A stretch of 64,000 nucleotides of DNA from Tubiluchus corallicola (lineage: Eukaryota > Animalia > Priapulida), in assembly GCA_030141605.1 (NCBI GenBank), contig JAQGDQ010000216.1, positions 62,001 through 126,000 of the forward strand, given 5' to 3'. Shown piece by piece: positions 50,376 through 61,123 of this stretch. Under the pieces are notes generated by a model. It saw nothing but the letters and a program-made list of their open reading frames with translations, ran no database searches and was not told where the DNA came from. The stretch's first letter is position 1, and every line of letters begins with the position of its first letter. Made by a program: the position numbers and the translations under genes.

Positions 50376-51131
50376 CTATTTCAAAAAACTGGAAAGAGCT
50401 TTCTTATCTATAATGGTAATGTTTCTTCCTTCAGCCTCTATTATTCCTTCGTTATGTATTTCACGGATTACCCTTGCCAACGATGGACGTGAAACACCGA
50501 ACATATTGGCAAGTTCACTCTGTGAATTTTTAATTATAAGTTCCGTACTGCCTTCTTTTCTAACTTGTTCAAGCAGGTAGTGTGCAATTTTACCTCGGAT
50601 TGATTGTAGTCCTAATAGTTTTATTTTTTTTGTGAGCCTTTGCACCTTATTTGATATTATACCCAGATAGTTCTTAAGTATAGTCTCATTTTTGCAAAAT
50701 AAGCTCATTAAATCATGCTTTGGGATAAGTAAAATTTTGGTTTCCTCAACAGCAATAACATTTACAGGAAGCTTGCTTTCGTCACCAAATAAGAATGCAG
50801 AAGCGATAGTGTCGGGTGCATGAAGCTTTTCAATCCGTAATGACTTGCCTTGGAAATCCATCATTTCTCCAACAGCTGCTCCTTTTACAATTATTCTCAG
50901 GCTGGTACAGATGTCTCCGATACTTGCAATCAGTTCATCTTTCTGATAAGTTTTTGCCTGATGATGTACCTTTTTGATTATTTCGCCAATCGCCTCTGCC
51001 TTTAAGCCTTTAAAAATATAGCTTGACTGCAAAGCATCTACATGATTTAAAAAGCAGAAACTGCACTTATCATTACAAGGTTGGATATATTTCGCATTAA
51101 AACATTTCTTTTCTAAAACTGTATTTTCCAT
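50376..51131 (-). CDS. Crp/Fnr-family regulator (HcpR-like) with Cys-rich N-terminus
   Basis: cNMP-binding fold, [32 protein letters not shown]; divergent from hcp. Confidence 0.88.
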   Translation of the reverse strand: MENTVLEKKCFNAKYIQPCNDKCSFCFLNHVDALQSSYIFKGLKAEAIGEIIKKVHHQAKTYQKDELIASIGDICTSLRIIVKGAAVGEMMDFQGKSLRIEKLHAPDTIASAFLFGDESKLPVNVIAVEETKILLIPKHDLMSLFCKNETILKNYLGIISNKVQRLTKKIKLLGLQSIRGKIAHYLLEQVRKEGSTELIIKNSQSELANMFGVSRPSLARVIREIHNEGIIEAEGRNITIIDKKALSSFLK

Positions 51132-51183
51132 AAACCGTGTCTTAAAAAATTATTTTGTAATAAAAATAGAAAAAAAGGCCTTC

Positions 51184-51201
51184 CTGTAACATATGTTACA
51201 G
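51184..51201. promoter_or_regulatory. Perfect 18-bp palindrome CTGTAACATATGTTACAG, probable HcpR site
   Basis: Lies between divergent Crp/Fnr gene and hcp; GTAAC-N4-GTTAC core. Confidence 0.78.
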
Positions 51202-51269
51202 CTATTGCTTGTAAAATACCTGAACTTTATATCGTTGATTTGAGTTTGAGAATTTTAAAAAATAAAGTT

Positions 51270-52913
51270 ATGAGCATGTTTTGTTATCAGTGTCAAGAAG
51301 CAGCAAAAGGTATAGGTTGTGTTAAAGTCGGGGTGTGTGGGAAAGAAGATTCAACATCAAACCTACAGGATTTATTAGTTTATGTGGCCAAAGGTGTTTC
51401 GTTGGTTGCAGAACTGGCAAAGGAGAACTCTGTTACAACTGACAAAGCCAACAAGTTTGTGTTTGAGGCATTATTTGTAACCATTACCAACGCTAATTTC
51501 GATGATAATAAAATCACAGATAAAATTATTGAGGGTATTCAGGTACGGGATGCTTTGAAAAAAGAGTTGGAAGACAAAGGCATTGAAATTTCTGGCTTAC
51601 CTGCAAATACGGTTTGGGCTGCAGAAGGTGAAGAAGCAGTTAAAGCAAAAAGCGAAACTGTAAGTATTTTAACTGAACAGAATGAGGATATTCGTTCATT
51701 AAAAGAGTTATTAACCTACGGGTTAAAAGGGATGGCTGCATATGCTGAACATGCTTTTAACTTGGGCTATACTGGCGAGAAAATATTTGCATTTATGCAC
51801 AAAGCCTTAGCTGCAACTACCAGGCCTGATATAACAGTTGATGAATTGGTTGGATTAACTTTAGAGTGTGGTGAGTACGGAGTAAATGTGATGGCTTTAT
51901 TAGACAAGGCAAATACTGAATCATACGGAAATCCTGAAATCACAAAAGTAAATATTGGTGTGCGCAGTAATCCTGCAATACTTATTAGCGGTCACGACCT
52001 GAAAGATATGGAAGAGCTGCTGAAGCAAACCGAAGGAACTGGTGTTGATGTTTACACACACTGTGAGATGTTGCCTGCTCACTATTATCCAGCATTTAAA
52101 AAGCATGAGCATTTTGTGGGTAACTACGGAAGTGCATGGTGGAAGCAAAGAGAAGATTTTGAGTCATTTAATGGTGCTGTTTTATTCACTACTAACTGTA
52201 TTCTCCCTCCAAAAGATAGCTACAAATCTAGAGTTTATACTACAGGAGCATCAGGGTTTGATGGTTGTATCCATATCCCTGACAGAAAAGGCGGACAGCC
52301 AAAGGATTTTTCTGTAATCATTGAACATGCTAAAAAGCTACCTGCTCCAACTGAAATTGAAACAGGAGAGATTGTTGGTGGATTTGCTCACAACCAGGTA
52401 TTACAATTAGCCGATAAGGTTATTGATGCTGTTAAAACAGGTGCTATTAAGAAATTCCTGGTTATGGCTGGTTGTGATGGCAGGATGAAAGGGCGTGAAT
52501 ACTATACCGATTTTGCAGAGCAGCTACCTCAAGACACTGTAATACTTACAGCTGGGTGCGCAAAATATCGTTACAACAAATTACCATTAGGAGACATTGG
52601 TGGTATCCCTCGTGTATTAGATGCAGGGCAGTGCAACGATTCATACTCTTTGGCTGTTGTTGCTCTTAAATTGAAAGAGGTATTTGAACTGAATGATATA
52701 AACGAATTACCTATTGCATATAATATTGCATGGTACGAACAAAAGGCTGTAATTGTGCTATTGGCTCTTTTACATTTAGGTGTTAAAAACATTCATCTGG
52801 GGCCAACGCTACCAGCTTTCCTTTCTCCAAATGTTGCAAATGTTTTAGTTGAAAACTTTGGAATAGCTGGAATTGGAACAGTTGAAGAGGACTTGAAGCT
52901 TCACTTGGCTTAA
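51270..52913 (+). CDS. hcp: Hybrid cluster protein (hydroxylamine/NO reductase)
   Basis: MFCYQCQE...C...[42 protein letters not shown]. Confidence 0.97.
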   Translation: MSMFCYQCQEAAKGIGCVKVGVCGKEDSTSNLQDLLVYVAKGVSLVAELAKENSVTTDKANKFVFEALFVTITNANFDDNKITDKIIEGIQVRDALKKELEDKGIEISGLPANTVWAAEGEEAVKAKSETVSILTEQNEDIRSLKELLTYGLKGMAAYAEHAFNLGYTGEKIFAFMHKALAATTRPDITVDELVGLTLECGEYGVNVMALLDKANTESYGNPEITKVNIGVRSNPAILISGHDLKDMEELLKQTEGTGVDVYTHCEMLPAHYYPAFKKHEHFVGNYGSAWWKQREDFESFNGAVLFTTNCILPPKDSYKSRVYTTGASGFDGCIHIPDRKGGQPKDFSVIIEHAKKLPAPTEIETGEIVGGFAHNQVLQLADKVIDAVKTGAIKKFLVMAGCDGRMKGREYYTDFAEQLPQDTVILTAGCAKYRYNKLPLGDIGGIPRVLDAGQCNDSYSLAVVALKLKEVFELNDINELPIAYNIAWYEQKAVIVLLALLHLGVKNIHLGPTLPAFLSPNVANVLVENFGIAGIGTVEEDLKLHLA

Positions 52914-52983
52914 TATAAAACATATTTGCTTGAAGGGGGAGATATCTATTTAATCACTACCCTAAAAAGGAGGGGCCTACAGT

Positions 52984-53019
52984 GGTCATTTTGGCACCTG
53001 ATTCCTGGCCAAAGTGACC
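52984..53019. terminator. Hairpin between convergent hcp and TonB receptor genes
   Basis: GGTCATTTTGGC-N12-GCCAAAGTGACC. Confidence 0.45.
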
Positions 53020-53042
53020 GGCTTCCCCAACATGTATAAGTT

Positions 53043-55556
53043 TCAAAATTTTATATTTGCTCCAAGCATGAAGTTGGTTCCTGCCTGAGGAAAGTACCCA
53101 AAGTCTGTCTTTTTTTGCCCTTCACTGATGTATGAGTAAGCCCAGGCATTTGACTCATATTGCACATTAAATATGTTATTTATCATAAATGATAGACGAA
53201 TCTCTTTAATAGTTTTTGTTGTAAGTTGGTAGCCGCATGCCAGGTTGTTAATGAAGTATGCATCCAGTTTTTTATCATTGTCTGATGTGTTGTCAATAAA
53301 CTGGGAGCCTATATATTGCGATGTTATATTTATGTTAATCCGGTCTGTGGGGTGCCAGCTTAGTATACTGTTAGCTATACTTTCAGGTGAGAGGGCAATG
53401 TTTGTGTTACCCAGATTGTTTTCTATCTGTGCACCCCAGTCGTCCCAGTTGTCGATGTATTCGGTAAAGCTACTGATCTTATTTTTACTGAGTGTAGCGT
53501 TTATTTCCCATGTTAGGGTACTGTGAATTTTCCAATTGGCTATTATCTCAATTCCTGCACGATAGCTGTTATCTACGTTTGTCATTATAGCATCTCCTAT
53601 ATCATTTATTCTTCCTGTTGGCACAAGCTGGTCCTTATAGCGCATATAGTATAAGTTGGTGTTAATGGTAAGTGATGATACACCAATGCTGTAGCCTATC
53701 TCAAAGTCATGAAGTGTTTCGGCGGTAGGGGGAGCTTCATTGGGGTTGTGATCTGTATAGTTCTTTCTACTTGGTTCTCTATGTGACTGAGCGTATGAGA
53801 AGTATAATTTTTGCATGCCTGTGGGTGTGTAGAGTATCCCCAACTTGGGGTTGAAAAAGTCAAATGTACTGTTTTGCCCGATGTCTCTTAGGTTGTCATC
53901 TATCCCTTTTATTGTAAAGTCTATATGGCGGTATTGCATGTCGATATAAGCGTTAAGTCCGGCAGTAACGCTGTAGTTAATTTTTCCAAAAATGTTGTAG
54001 TCGGTTTTTAATCCATTGGAGCGATACCATTCGTGGTTATGCTCGTTGTCTCCAAAGTGTTGAGCCCATATAACATTCCCAAAGTGGTCTCCGTCATATT
54101 TATTCCATGCCCCTCCAAAAGATATATCTGCTATGCTGTTTATGTAATTTCCGGACAGAGTGAAACCATAAAAGCTATTGTCAAGCCATTTTTGACGAAT
54201 CAGGTTAGTCGTTTCAACACCATCAACGGGCGACATCTGGTAGTTTTCCGGCTTTTGATTTTCTTTATATTGTTCATAGTAGCCACGGCCATATGTGTAG
54301 TGTAAGGCAGTATTTACGTTTATGTTATTATTGACCTTATGTGAAAGTAGGATTTGATAATGATCCTGCTGGTAGTTGTCAGTTTCGTTCTCATAGTATA
54401 GTATGTTGCCATTTTGTCCGGTATATTTGCCGGAGGGGTTATATGTTCTGTTTTTATCTAGGCTATCCAAAGGAACACCATTCCAGGCCAGATATGTTTT
54501 CTGGTTGCCTGACAGAACATTTATCTTCAAAATAGAGCTCTTTGAGTAGAGCCCCCCAGATATATAAAGTGATTTCAGGTCACTGCTTGCACGATCTATA
54601 AATCCGTTAGATGTGATTTTTGATAGTCTTGTATCGAGTGTAAATTTGTTATTTATTAATCCACTACCTGCAGAAACAGTATTTTTAAAGGTGTTGAATG
54701 ACCCTGCTGAACCACTGTATTCGGCGTATGGTTCTTGGCGTAGTGGGCTTGTTTGCAGGTTTATGGTAGCACCGAATGCTCCTGCTCCGTTTGTTGAAGT
54801 ACCAACGCCTCTTTGAATCTGGATACTTTCGATAGATGATGCTATATCAGGCATATTCACCCACCATACTCCGTGTGACTCGGCATCGTTTAGTGGTACT
54901 CCGTTCATCGTTATATTAATTCTGGTTGCGTCAGTTCCCCGGATACGGAAAGAGGTATATCCTACTCCATTACCGGCATCAGAAGTAGAGACCAGAGATG
55001 GTGAGAGGTTAAGCAAAACAGGAATATCTTGTCCCATGTTATTTCTTTTTATCTCATCTCCATCAATATCTGTGTATGTAACCGGAGTTTTTTCTCCGGC
55101 ACGGGTAGCTGATACAATAATCTCTTTTGTTAGTATGGAGTAGGGCTCCATTACTATTAATATATAGCTCTCCTCTCCTGATATTTCAACCCTCTTTTTT
55201 ACTGGTTTGTAGCCGAGGCATGAGACTTTCAGTGTGTAGGTTTTTTCTTCCAGGCCTGAGATAAGAAAGTAGCCGTTTATATCGGTTGCTATACCTTTGG
55301 ATATCTCTTCAATAAGTATATTCGCTCCCGCTATAGGGTTGTTTTGTTCGGTTACAATCCTGCCTTTTAGCGATGATGTGGCAAATGCTCCATAGCATAT
55401 AGTAAGAAGCGCTACGACGGTATATCCGCATTTGGTTAGAGCTTCTCTTATACGGAGCCTGTCCAAAAGTATAGCGCGGACTCTGTTTTTCATGCCGGAC
55501 ACTGAAGCTTGAGCTTCATTCTTTGTGTCTACATGTTCTGCAATATTTATACCCAT
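53043..55556 (-). CDS. TonB-dependent receptor, probable thiamine/precursor uptake (start uncertain)
   Basis: VSATRA, SDAGNGVGYT, NGVPLND.ESHGVWWVNMPD, QRGVGTSTNGAGAFG, YFPQAG...F; TPP riboswitch upstream. Confidence 0.88.
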   Translation of the reverse strand: MGINIAEHVDTKNEAQASVSGMKNRVRAILLDRLRIREALTKCGYTVVALLTICYGAFATSSLKGRIVTEQNNPIAGANILIEEISKGIATDINGYFLISGLEEKTYTLKVSCLGYKPVKKRVEISGEESYILIVMEPYSILTKEIIVSATRAGEKTPVTYTDIDGDEIKRNNMGQDIPVLLNLSPSLVSTSDAGNGVGYTSFRIRGTDATRINITMNGVPLNDAESHGVWWVNMPDIASSIESIQIQRGVGTSTNGAGAFGATINLQTSPLRQEPYAEYSGSAGSFNTFKNTVSAGSGLINNKFTLDTRLSKITSNGFIDRASSDLKSLYISGGLYSKSSILKINVLSGNQKTYLAWNGVPLDSLDKNRTYNPSGKYTGQNGNILYYENETDNYQQDHYQILLSHKVNNNINVNTALHYTYGRGYYEQYKENQKPENYQMSPVDGVETTNLIRQKWLDNSFYGFTLSGNYINSIADISFGGAWNKYDGDHFGNVIWAQHFGDNEHNHEWYRSNGLKTDYNIFGKINYSVTAGLNAYIDMQYRHIDFTIKGIDDNLRDIGQNSTFDFFNPKLGILYTPTGMQKLYFSYAQSHREPSRKNYTDHNPNEAPPTAETLHDFEIGYSIGVSSLTINTNLYYMRYKDQLVPTGRINDIGDAIMTNVDNSYRAGIEIIANWKIHSTLTWEINATLSKNKISSFTEYIDNWDDWGAQIENNLGNTNIALSPESIANSILSWHPTDRININITSQYIGSQFIDNTSDNDKKLDAYFINNLACGYQLTTKTIKEIRLSFMINNIFNVQYESNAWAYSYISEGQKKTDFGYFPQAGTNFMLGANIKF

Positions 55557-55740
55557 GCCTGTCTCATTTTTACTGTACTTTAATCCAGCTTTGCTAGCAA
55601 CATACAGGTCCTTTGGCCGGGTACATTATCTATGTTTAAAATACTCCAAAGCACAGTATAGCGTTCGAACTGAACTACATTTTTAAATTAAAGTGTGCTT
55701 TAAGTGTGTTAAACAGGGATTATGAATAAGAGATTTGCAT

Positions 55741-55813
55741 TTTCCCTTCTCAGAATTACCTGAGCAGGTTCTATGGGTGTGATCTCAGCCCGTAATTATT
55801 AAGGCACCCCTAA
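55741..55813 (-). ncRNA. TPP riboswitch
   Basis: Minus strand GGGGTGCC...GGGCTGAGATCACACCCATAGAACCTGCTCAGGTAATTCTGAGAAGGGAA carries the CTGAGA, ACCTG and TAAT...AGGGA hallmarks. Confidence 0.92.
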
Positions 55814-55853
55814 TGTTTAAACTACATTATGCGCAAAGCTACATAAAAATTTT

Positions 55854-55984
55854 GACACCCTTGCAAGGCGAAAGATTTTAGTTCAGATTGAAGAAAGACT
55901 CGATGAAAATTGCCTGCAGTTTGTTGGCGTAAATAAGAGTTTCTGTGAAAATATTAGTAGAAAGATGAGCTTTGCAAAGGTCTC
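55854..55984. mobile_element. IS5-type MITE copy (reverse orientation)
   Basis: GACACCCTTGCAAGGCGAAA ... AGATGAGCTTTGCAAAGGTCTC. Confidence 0.75.
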
Positions 55985-56127
55985 GTTTTATATTACAAGG
56001 ATAGCTTTATTCTTATTTGTATGGCTGTTAATTTAGCCTATAATTTTGTCAAAAGTGTACATGATAGTTCAGGATTATTGAAAAAAAAACTACTTTTACT
56101 TTCCACGCTTAACCCTGACTTTAGGAT

Positions 56128-56574
56128 ATGAGCACCGTACACATAAAAAAGAAATCGGCCAAGAGTGTTTTTGCAGAGTATCTTTGTGAAAAAGGATATA
56201 AAAAAACACCTGAGAGATTTGCTGTCCTGGAAGAGATATGTAATACAGCGGGGCATTTTGATATTGAGTCGTTATATGTTTCTATGAAAAACAGAAACTA
56301 CAAGGTTACTCGCGCCACTTTGTATAATACGCTTAAGCTATTGCTGGATTGCAGATTAGTTGTAAAGCACCAATTTGGAAAATCAACTGCTCAGTTTGAA
56401 AAAAACTTTGATCTTACACAGCATGACCATCTTATTGATATAAAATCGGGGGAGATTTTAGAGTTTTCAGATCCTCGCCTCCGCAAGATAATTAAAGAGG
56501 CCTGTGATAGGTTTAACTTTAGCTTGTCCCATCATTCATTGTATCTGTATGGCGAGCGCGATGAAAATAGCTAG
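56128..56574 (+). CDS. fur: Fur-family transcriptional regulator
   Basis: KTPERFAVL, HFDIESLY, RATLYNTL, QHDHLI; fur-purA order typical of Bacteroidota. Confidence 0.88.
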   Translation: MSTVHIKKKSAKSVFAEYLCEKGYKKTPERFAVLEEICNTAGHFDIESLYVSMKNRNYKVTRATLYNTLKLLLDCRLVVKHQFGKSTAQFEKNFDLTQHDHLIDIKSGEILEFSDPRLRKIIKEACDRFNFSLSHHSLYLYGERDENS

Positions 56575-56843
56575 CCTGGCTACTTCTTCTCTCGTTAAAG
56601 TCAATAGTACGAGCCAAAGCTTATTAATTTATTAGTATATCTTTGCTAGTCCTGACAGAAAAGATAGTATAGCAGCATGGTAGTATCTTGTGTAATAAGG
56701 CTAGGCAGGCATTTGGTTAGGTTAAGGGAGTATGAGCACAAGTAAGTTATTGCAAAGAGCCTGAGGGTCAGGTATTTTGAGATGTTTAGCGTTTTCATGC
56801 TTTAATTGCTTATTTTTAAAGAGAATAAAATATAGTTATAGAT

Positions 56844-58112
56844 ATGGTAGATGTTTTACTGGGGCTCCAGTGGGGAGATGAGGGTAAAGGAAAGGTTGTT
56901 GATGTGCTTACTCCCAAGTATGATGTGATTGCTCGTTTTCAGGGAGGTCCTAATGCCGGACACACATTAGAGTTTAATGGAATTAAGCATGTGTTGCATA
57001 CTATCCCATCCGGTATTTTTAGGGGTGATAAGATAAATGTAATAGGAAATGGAGTTGTTATAGACCCTTGCACTTTTAAAAAGGAGATAGATTCTTTAAA
57101 AAGTATTGGTTTTGATATAAGGAAAAACCTATATATATCTAAGAAGGCTCATCTTATACTTCCATCACACCGTTTACTGGATGCTGCTTCGGAAAAGGCT
57201 AAAGGCAAGGATAAGATAGGGTCGACACTGAAAGGTATAGGTCCTGCTTATCGCGATAAGATAGGCCGTGATGGGTTGAGGGTCGGGGATATTATGTCAA
57301 ACTTCAAGGAAAAGTATACTGCTCATTTAAAACAGCATATTGATATTTTGGTAAATTACTACCACTACGATTATAAGAAGGCTCTTGACGAGTACGAGAA
57401 GGAATGGTTTGAGGGAGTTGAACTTATAAGGCAGTTTCAGCTTGTAAGCAGTGAGTATTTTATCAACAAGTGTATTGACGAGGGTAAAAAGGTTATTGCT
57501 GAAGGTGCCCAAGGAACGCTTCTTGATATTGATTTCGGCTCATATCCTTTTGTTACATCTTCTAGTACAATATGTGCAGGAGCGTGTACAGGGATGGGGG
57601 TTGCTCCCAGAGTAATAGACAGGGTATATGGTATTTTCAAAGCTTACTGCACAAGGGTTGGTATGGGGCCATTTCCAACAGAGCTACATGACAGTACCGG
57701 ACAGCAGTTACGTGATAAGGGTAATGAGTATGGCTCTACTACAGGGCGTCCACGCAGGTGTGGGTGGCTTGATCTGGTTGCATTGAGATATTCTATTATG
57801 ATTAATGGAGTAACTGACCTTATTATGATGAAAGCTGATGTGTTATGTGGGTTTAAGTCTATTAAGGTTTGCACGGAATATAGAGTAAATGGTGTCACCA
57901 CTAGAGAGTTTCCATATGAGCAGGGGGAAAGCATTGTTCCCATTTATGAAGACTTGCCAGGGTGGGATACTGATTTAAGGGCTACTTTGAGTCCTGGCGA
58001 ATTACCACAAGAGCTAAAGAACTATATTAAATACATAGAGAGGGAAGTAGGAATTCCTATTATCATTGTGTCTGTAGGGCCGAATAGGGAGCAGACGATA
58101 GAGATGATTTAG
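56844..58112 (+). CDS. purA: Adenylosuccinate synthetase
   Basis: QWGDEGKGK, GGPNAGHT, EGAQG, TTGRPRRCGW. Confidence 0.98.
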   Translation: MVDVLLGLQWGDEGKGKVVDVLTPKYDVIARFQGGPNAGHTLEFNGIKHVLHTIPSGIFRGDKINVIGNGVVIDPCTFKKEIDSLKSIGFDIRKNLYISKKAHLILPSHRLLDAASEKAKGKDKIGSTLKGIGPAYRDKIGRDGLRVGDIMSNFKEKYTAHLKQHIDILVNYYHYDYKKALDEYEKEWFEGVELIRQFQLVSSEYFINKCIDEGKKVIAEGAQGTLLDIDFGSYPFVTSSSTICAGACTGMGVAPRVIDRVYGIFKAYCTRVGMGPFPTELHDSTGQQLRDKGNEYGSTTGRPRRCGWLDLVALRYSIMINGVTDLIMMKADVLCGFKSIKVCTEYRVNGVTTREFPYEQGESIVPIYEDLPGWDTDLRATLSPGELPQELKNYIKYIEREVGIPIIIVSVGPNREQTIEMI

Positions 58113-58127
58113 CTACTATATGCTTGT

Positions 58128-59573
58128 ATGCAGTTGATAAGTAAACATGTAGGCCTTTATGTGGATTTTTATGAGTTGGCAATGGCTCAAGGATACTTCT
58201 TGGGAGGAAAAAAGAGCCATAATGTGACCTTTGATTATTTCTTTCGCACCAATCCTTTTGGTGGCGGGTATCTTGTGTTTGCGGGGTTGGGTGATCTTTT
58301 ACAACTGTTATCCGATTTCAAATACACTGATACGGATATTCAATACCTGAGAGGGGTGGGCCTACATGAGGATTTTCTAAAATATCTTCGGGATTTTAAG
58401 TTTACTGGTACCATATATTCGGCAAGAGAGGGCGAGGTAGTTTTTCCACTTGAGCCAGTTCTAAGGCTGGAAGGAAATATAATAGAGGCACAACTTGTAG
58501 AGACTGCCATTTTGAATACTCTTAATTTTCAGTCGCTTATAGCAACAAAGGCATTGCGTATAAGCCTTGTTACAAAAGGAAAGCCTTTTACCGATTTTGG
58601 GTTACGGCGTGCTCACGGTTATGGAGGTGTACAGGCGAGCAGGGCTTCTATTATAGGAGGTGCTGCCAGCACGTCAAATGTTTATGCGGGAATACTTTAC
58701 AACCTTCCTGTTACGGGCACGTTAGCTCATAGCTGGGTGCAAAGTTTTGATGACGAATTGTCGGCATTCAGAGTTTTTGCAGATATACATCCTGAAAATA
58801 CAGTGCTTCTTGTTGACACTTACAATACGATCAAAAGCGGGATACCAAATGCCATTATAGTGGCTAAAGAGATGGAAGATAAGGGGTACAGGATGAAAGG
58901 AGTAAGGTTGGATAGTGGTGACCTTGCCTACTTTAGCAGTAAGGCCAGAAAGATGCTTGATAAGGCGGGACTGGAGTATGTCAAGATTTATGCATCAAAC
59001 CAGTTGAATGAGTATGTGATAAAGAGCCTTGCAGAGCAGGGTGCTCCTATTGATGCATTTGGTGTAGGAACAGAGTTGGTTACTGGGAAGCCGGAGGCGT
59101 CTTTGGATGGAGTGTACAAGCTTGTGGAGTGCAATGGTGTGCCTAAAATGAAGATATCGGAAAATATTGAAAAAGTAACTTTACCTGCAAGTAAAACAGT
59201 TTATAGATATGTTGATAGCTTGGGGTATTTCTGCAGAGATGGTATTCTTCTTGCAAACGAAGACCCCGATGATTGTAAATGGTTATTTCATCCGTATTAC
59301 CCGGAGAAGTCTACCAATATTTCGAAACTTAGCAGAGAGAAACTTACTCGTAAAGTTTTAGAAAATGGAAAACCTGTTGCTACTTTATCTACTCCTCAAG
59401 AGTGTAACAAGTATTTATTGGAACGAATGAAGCAGCTTCCTGATGAGCATAAAAGATTTATTAAACCACATATTTACAAAGTTGGTATTTCTGAGAGGTT
59501 ACACTCCTTACGAACTGACATGATTGAGAAGATAAGTGTAAATCTTCAGCTTAATTCGGACAAATTGGTTTAA
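58128..59573 (+). CDS. pncB: Nicotinate phosphoribosyltransferase (last ~12 codons lie inside an IS end)
   Basis: DFYELAM, DFGLRRAH, GTLAHS, LVDTY, VRLDSGDL, FGVGT, GVYKLV. Confidence 0.94.
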   Translation: MQLISKHVGLYVDFYELAMAQGYFLGGKKSHNVTFDYFFRTNPFGGGYLVFAGLGDLLQLLSDFKYTDTDIQYLRGVGLHEDFLKYLRDFKFTGTIYSAREGEVVFPLEPVLRLEGNIIEAQLVETAILNTLNFQSLIATKALRISLVTKGKPFTDFGLRRAHGYGGVQASRASIIGGAASTSNVYAGILYNLPVTGTLAHSWVQSFDDELSAFRVFADIHPENTVLLVDTYNTIKSGIPNAIIVAKEMEDKGYRMKGVRLDSGDLAYFSSKARKMLDKAGLEYVKIYASNQLNEYVIKSLAEQGAPIDAFGVGTELVTGKPEASLDGVYKLVECNGVPKMKISENIEKVTLPASKTVYRYVDSLGYFCRDGILLANEDPDDCKWLFHPYYPEKSTNISKLSREKLTRKVLENGKPVATLSTPQECNKYLLERMKQLPDEHKRFIKPHIYKVGISERLHSLRTDMIEKISVNLQLNSDKLV

Positions 59574-61096
59574 AAATTAAGAGAGACATTTCTTAAATTA
59601 TAACCAATAAAAACGAATAAGATTAAGGCAAAAAAACAGACTACCGAACAAAAGGTAAAATAGATTAAGAGACACCCGAGGAAGAAGTAATCAGCTGAAG
59701 AAAAAATCAGGATTGTACTAGAGGGCATGCGTGGCGAATATAGCATTGCCGAGTTATGCTGAAAAGAAGGCATCAACGCGAACCTTTATTACAAGTGGAG
59801 TAAAGATTTTATGGAAGCTGGCAAAAAACGCCTTGCAGGTGACATTAAACGGGAAGCTACATCGGGCGAAGTAAACGGTTTAAAGAACGAGAACCACGAC
59901 CTAAAGCAGCTTGTAGCAGATCTGAATTTGGAAGTACGCATGCTTAAAAAAAGCTTAACTGGAACCGAGTAACTTATAAATATATGAGACGAAGCGCCAG
60001 TGAAAAGATGGAAATTATCTGTATTGTTCAAGATTCGGAATTCGGAGTTAAGCGCACACTTGAAGAACTTGACATCAGCCGAAGTACCTTTTACGAGTGG
60101 TACAAACGCTTCCTTGAGGGATGATATGATTCACTCAAGCCCAAGCCGGTAAAACGCAAAAAGTTTTGGAACAAGATATCCAACAAAGAACGAGAACTGG
60201 TTTTAGACACCGCTTTGTAACGTACAGACTTATCGCCTAGGGAACTAGCCCACCACATCACCGACCATCAAAAGTGGTTTATCAGCGAAACCAGCGTATA
60301 TCGGATTCTCAAAGAGCAAGGGCTAATCACATCTCCTGCGTGGATTTTAATGGCTGCATCCGATGAGTTTAAAGATAAGACCACGCGTGTGCACCAGCAA
60401 TGGCAAACCGATTTTACCTACTTTAAAATCATTGGATGGGGCTGGTATTATTTGGCTACCGTAATGGACGATTATTCAAGGTATATCGTCACCTGGGAGC
60501 TTTGCCAAAGCATTGAGTCGGCCGATGCCAAGCATGTTATTCAAAAGGCTTTACATACGGCCAAAATACCTGCAGGCGATTGTCCCAGGTTACTCTCCGG
60601 TAATGGAGCGTGCTACATATCAAACGAGTTTCAAAGCTTTTTAAAAGACACCAAAATGGGACATTTACGTGGAGCCCCATACCACCCTCAAACACAAGGG
60701 AAAATTGAGCGTTACCACCGCACCATAAAAAATCAGGTAAAGTTGGATAACTACTACTTTCCTGATGAACTAAGGACGGTTCTACAGGAGTTTGTATATA
60801 ATTACAACAACCACCGGTATCATGAATCACTCAAGAATGTTACACCTGCCGACGTGTATTTTGGAAGGCAAAAACAGGTACTGGGCAATCGTGAAAATAT
60901 TAAAATAAAAACGCTAAATGAAAAAAGAAAAAGGAATCAGAAAATCGCAGTGTATCACTTTTGATTTATTGAAAACTCTGCGAGTTTCCAACAAGTCAAC
61001 AGTGAATTATCATCACCATAAAAAAGAGAATTTGAATTATAAAACTATCTCTTAACTTTAAGCATCAATTTGTCCAATAAGTTTTGAAGTTAAACA
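59537..61096 (+). mobile_element. Degenerate IS3-family element
   Basis: TG...CA ends with imperfect TIRs (…GGACAAATTG…TTAAGAGA); orfA EEKIRIVLEG with several stops; A7G at 59945-59952; orfB WQTDFTY, MDDYSR, HPQTQGKIER with upstream stops. Confidence 0.87.
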
Positions 61097-61123
61097 GTCT
61101 CATGATTACTAAATCAACAAAAT

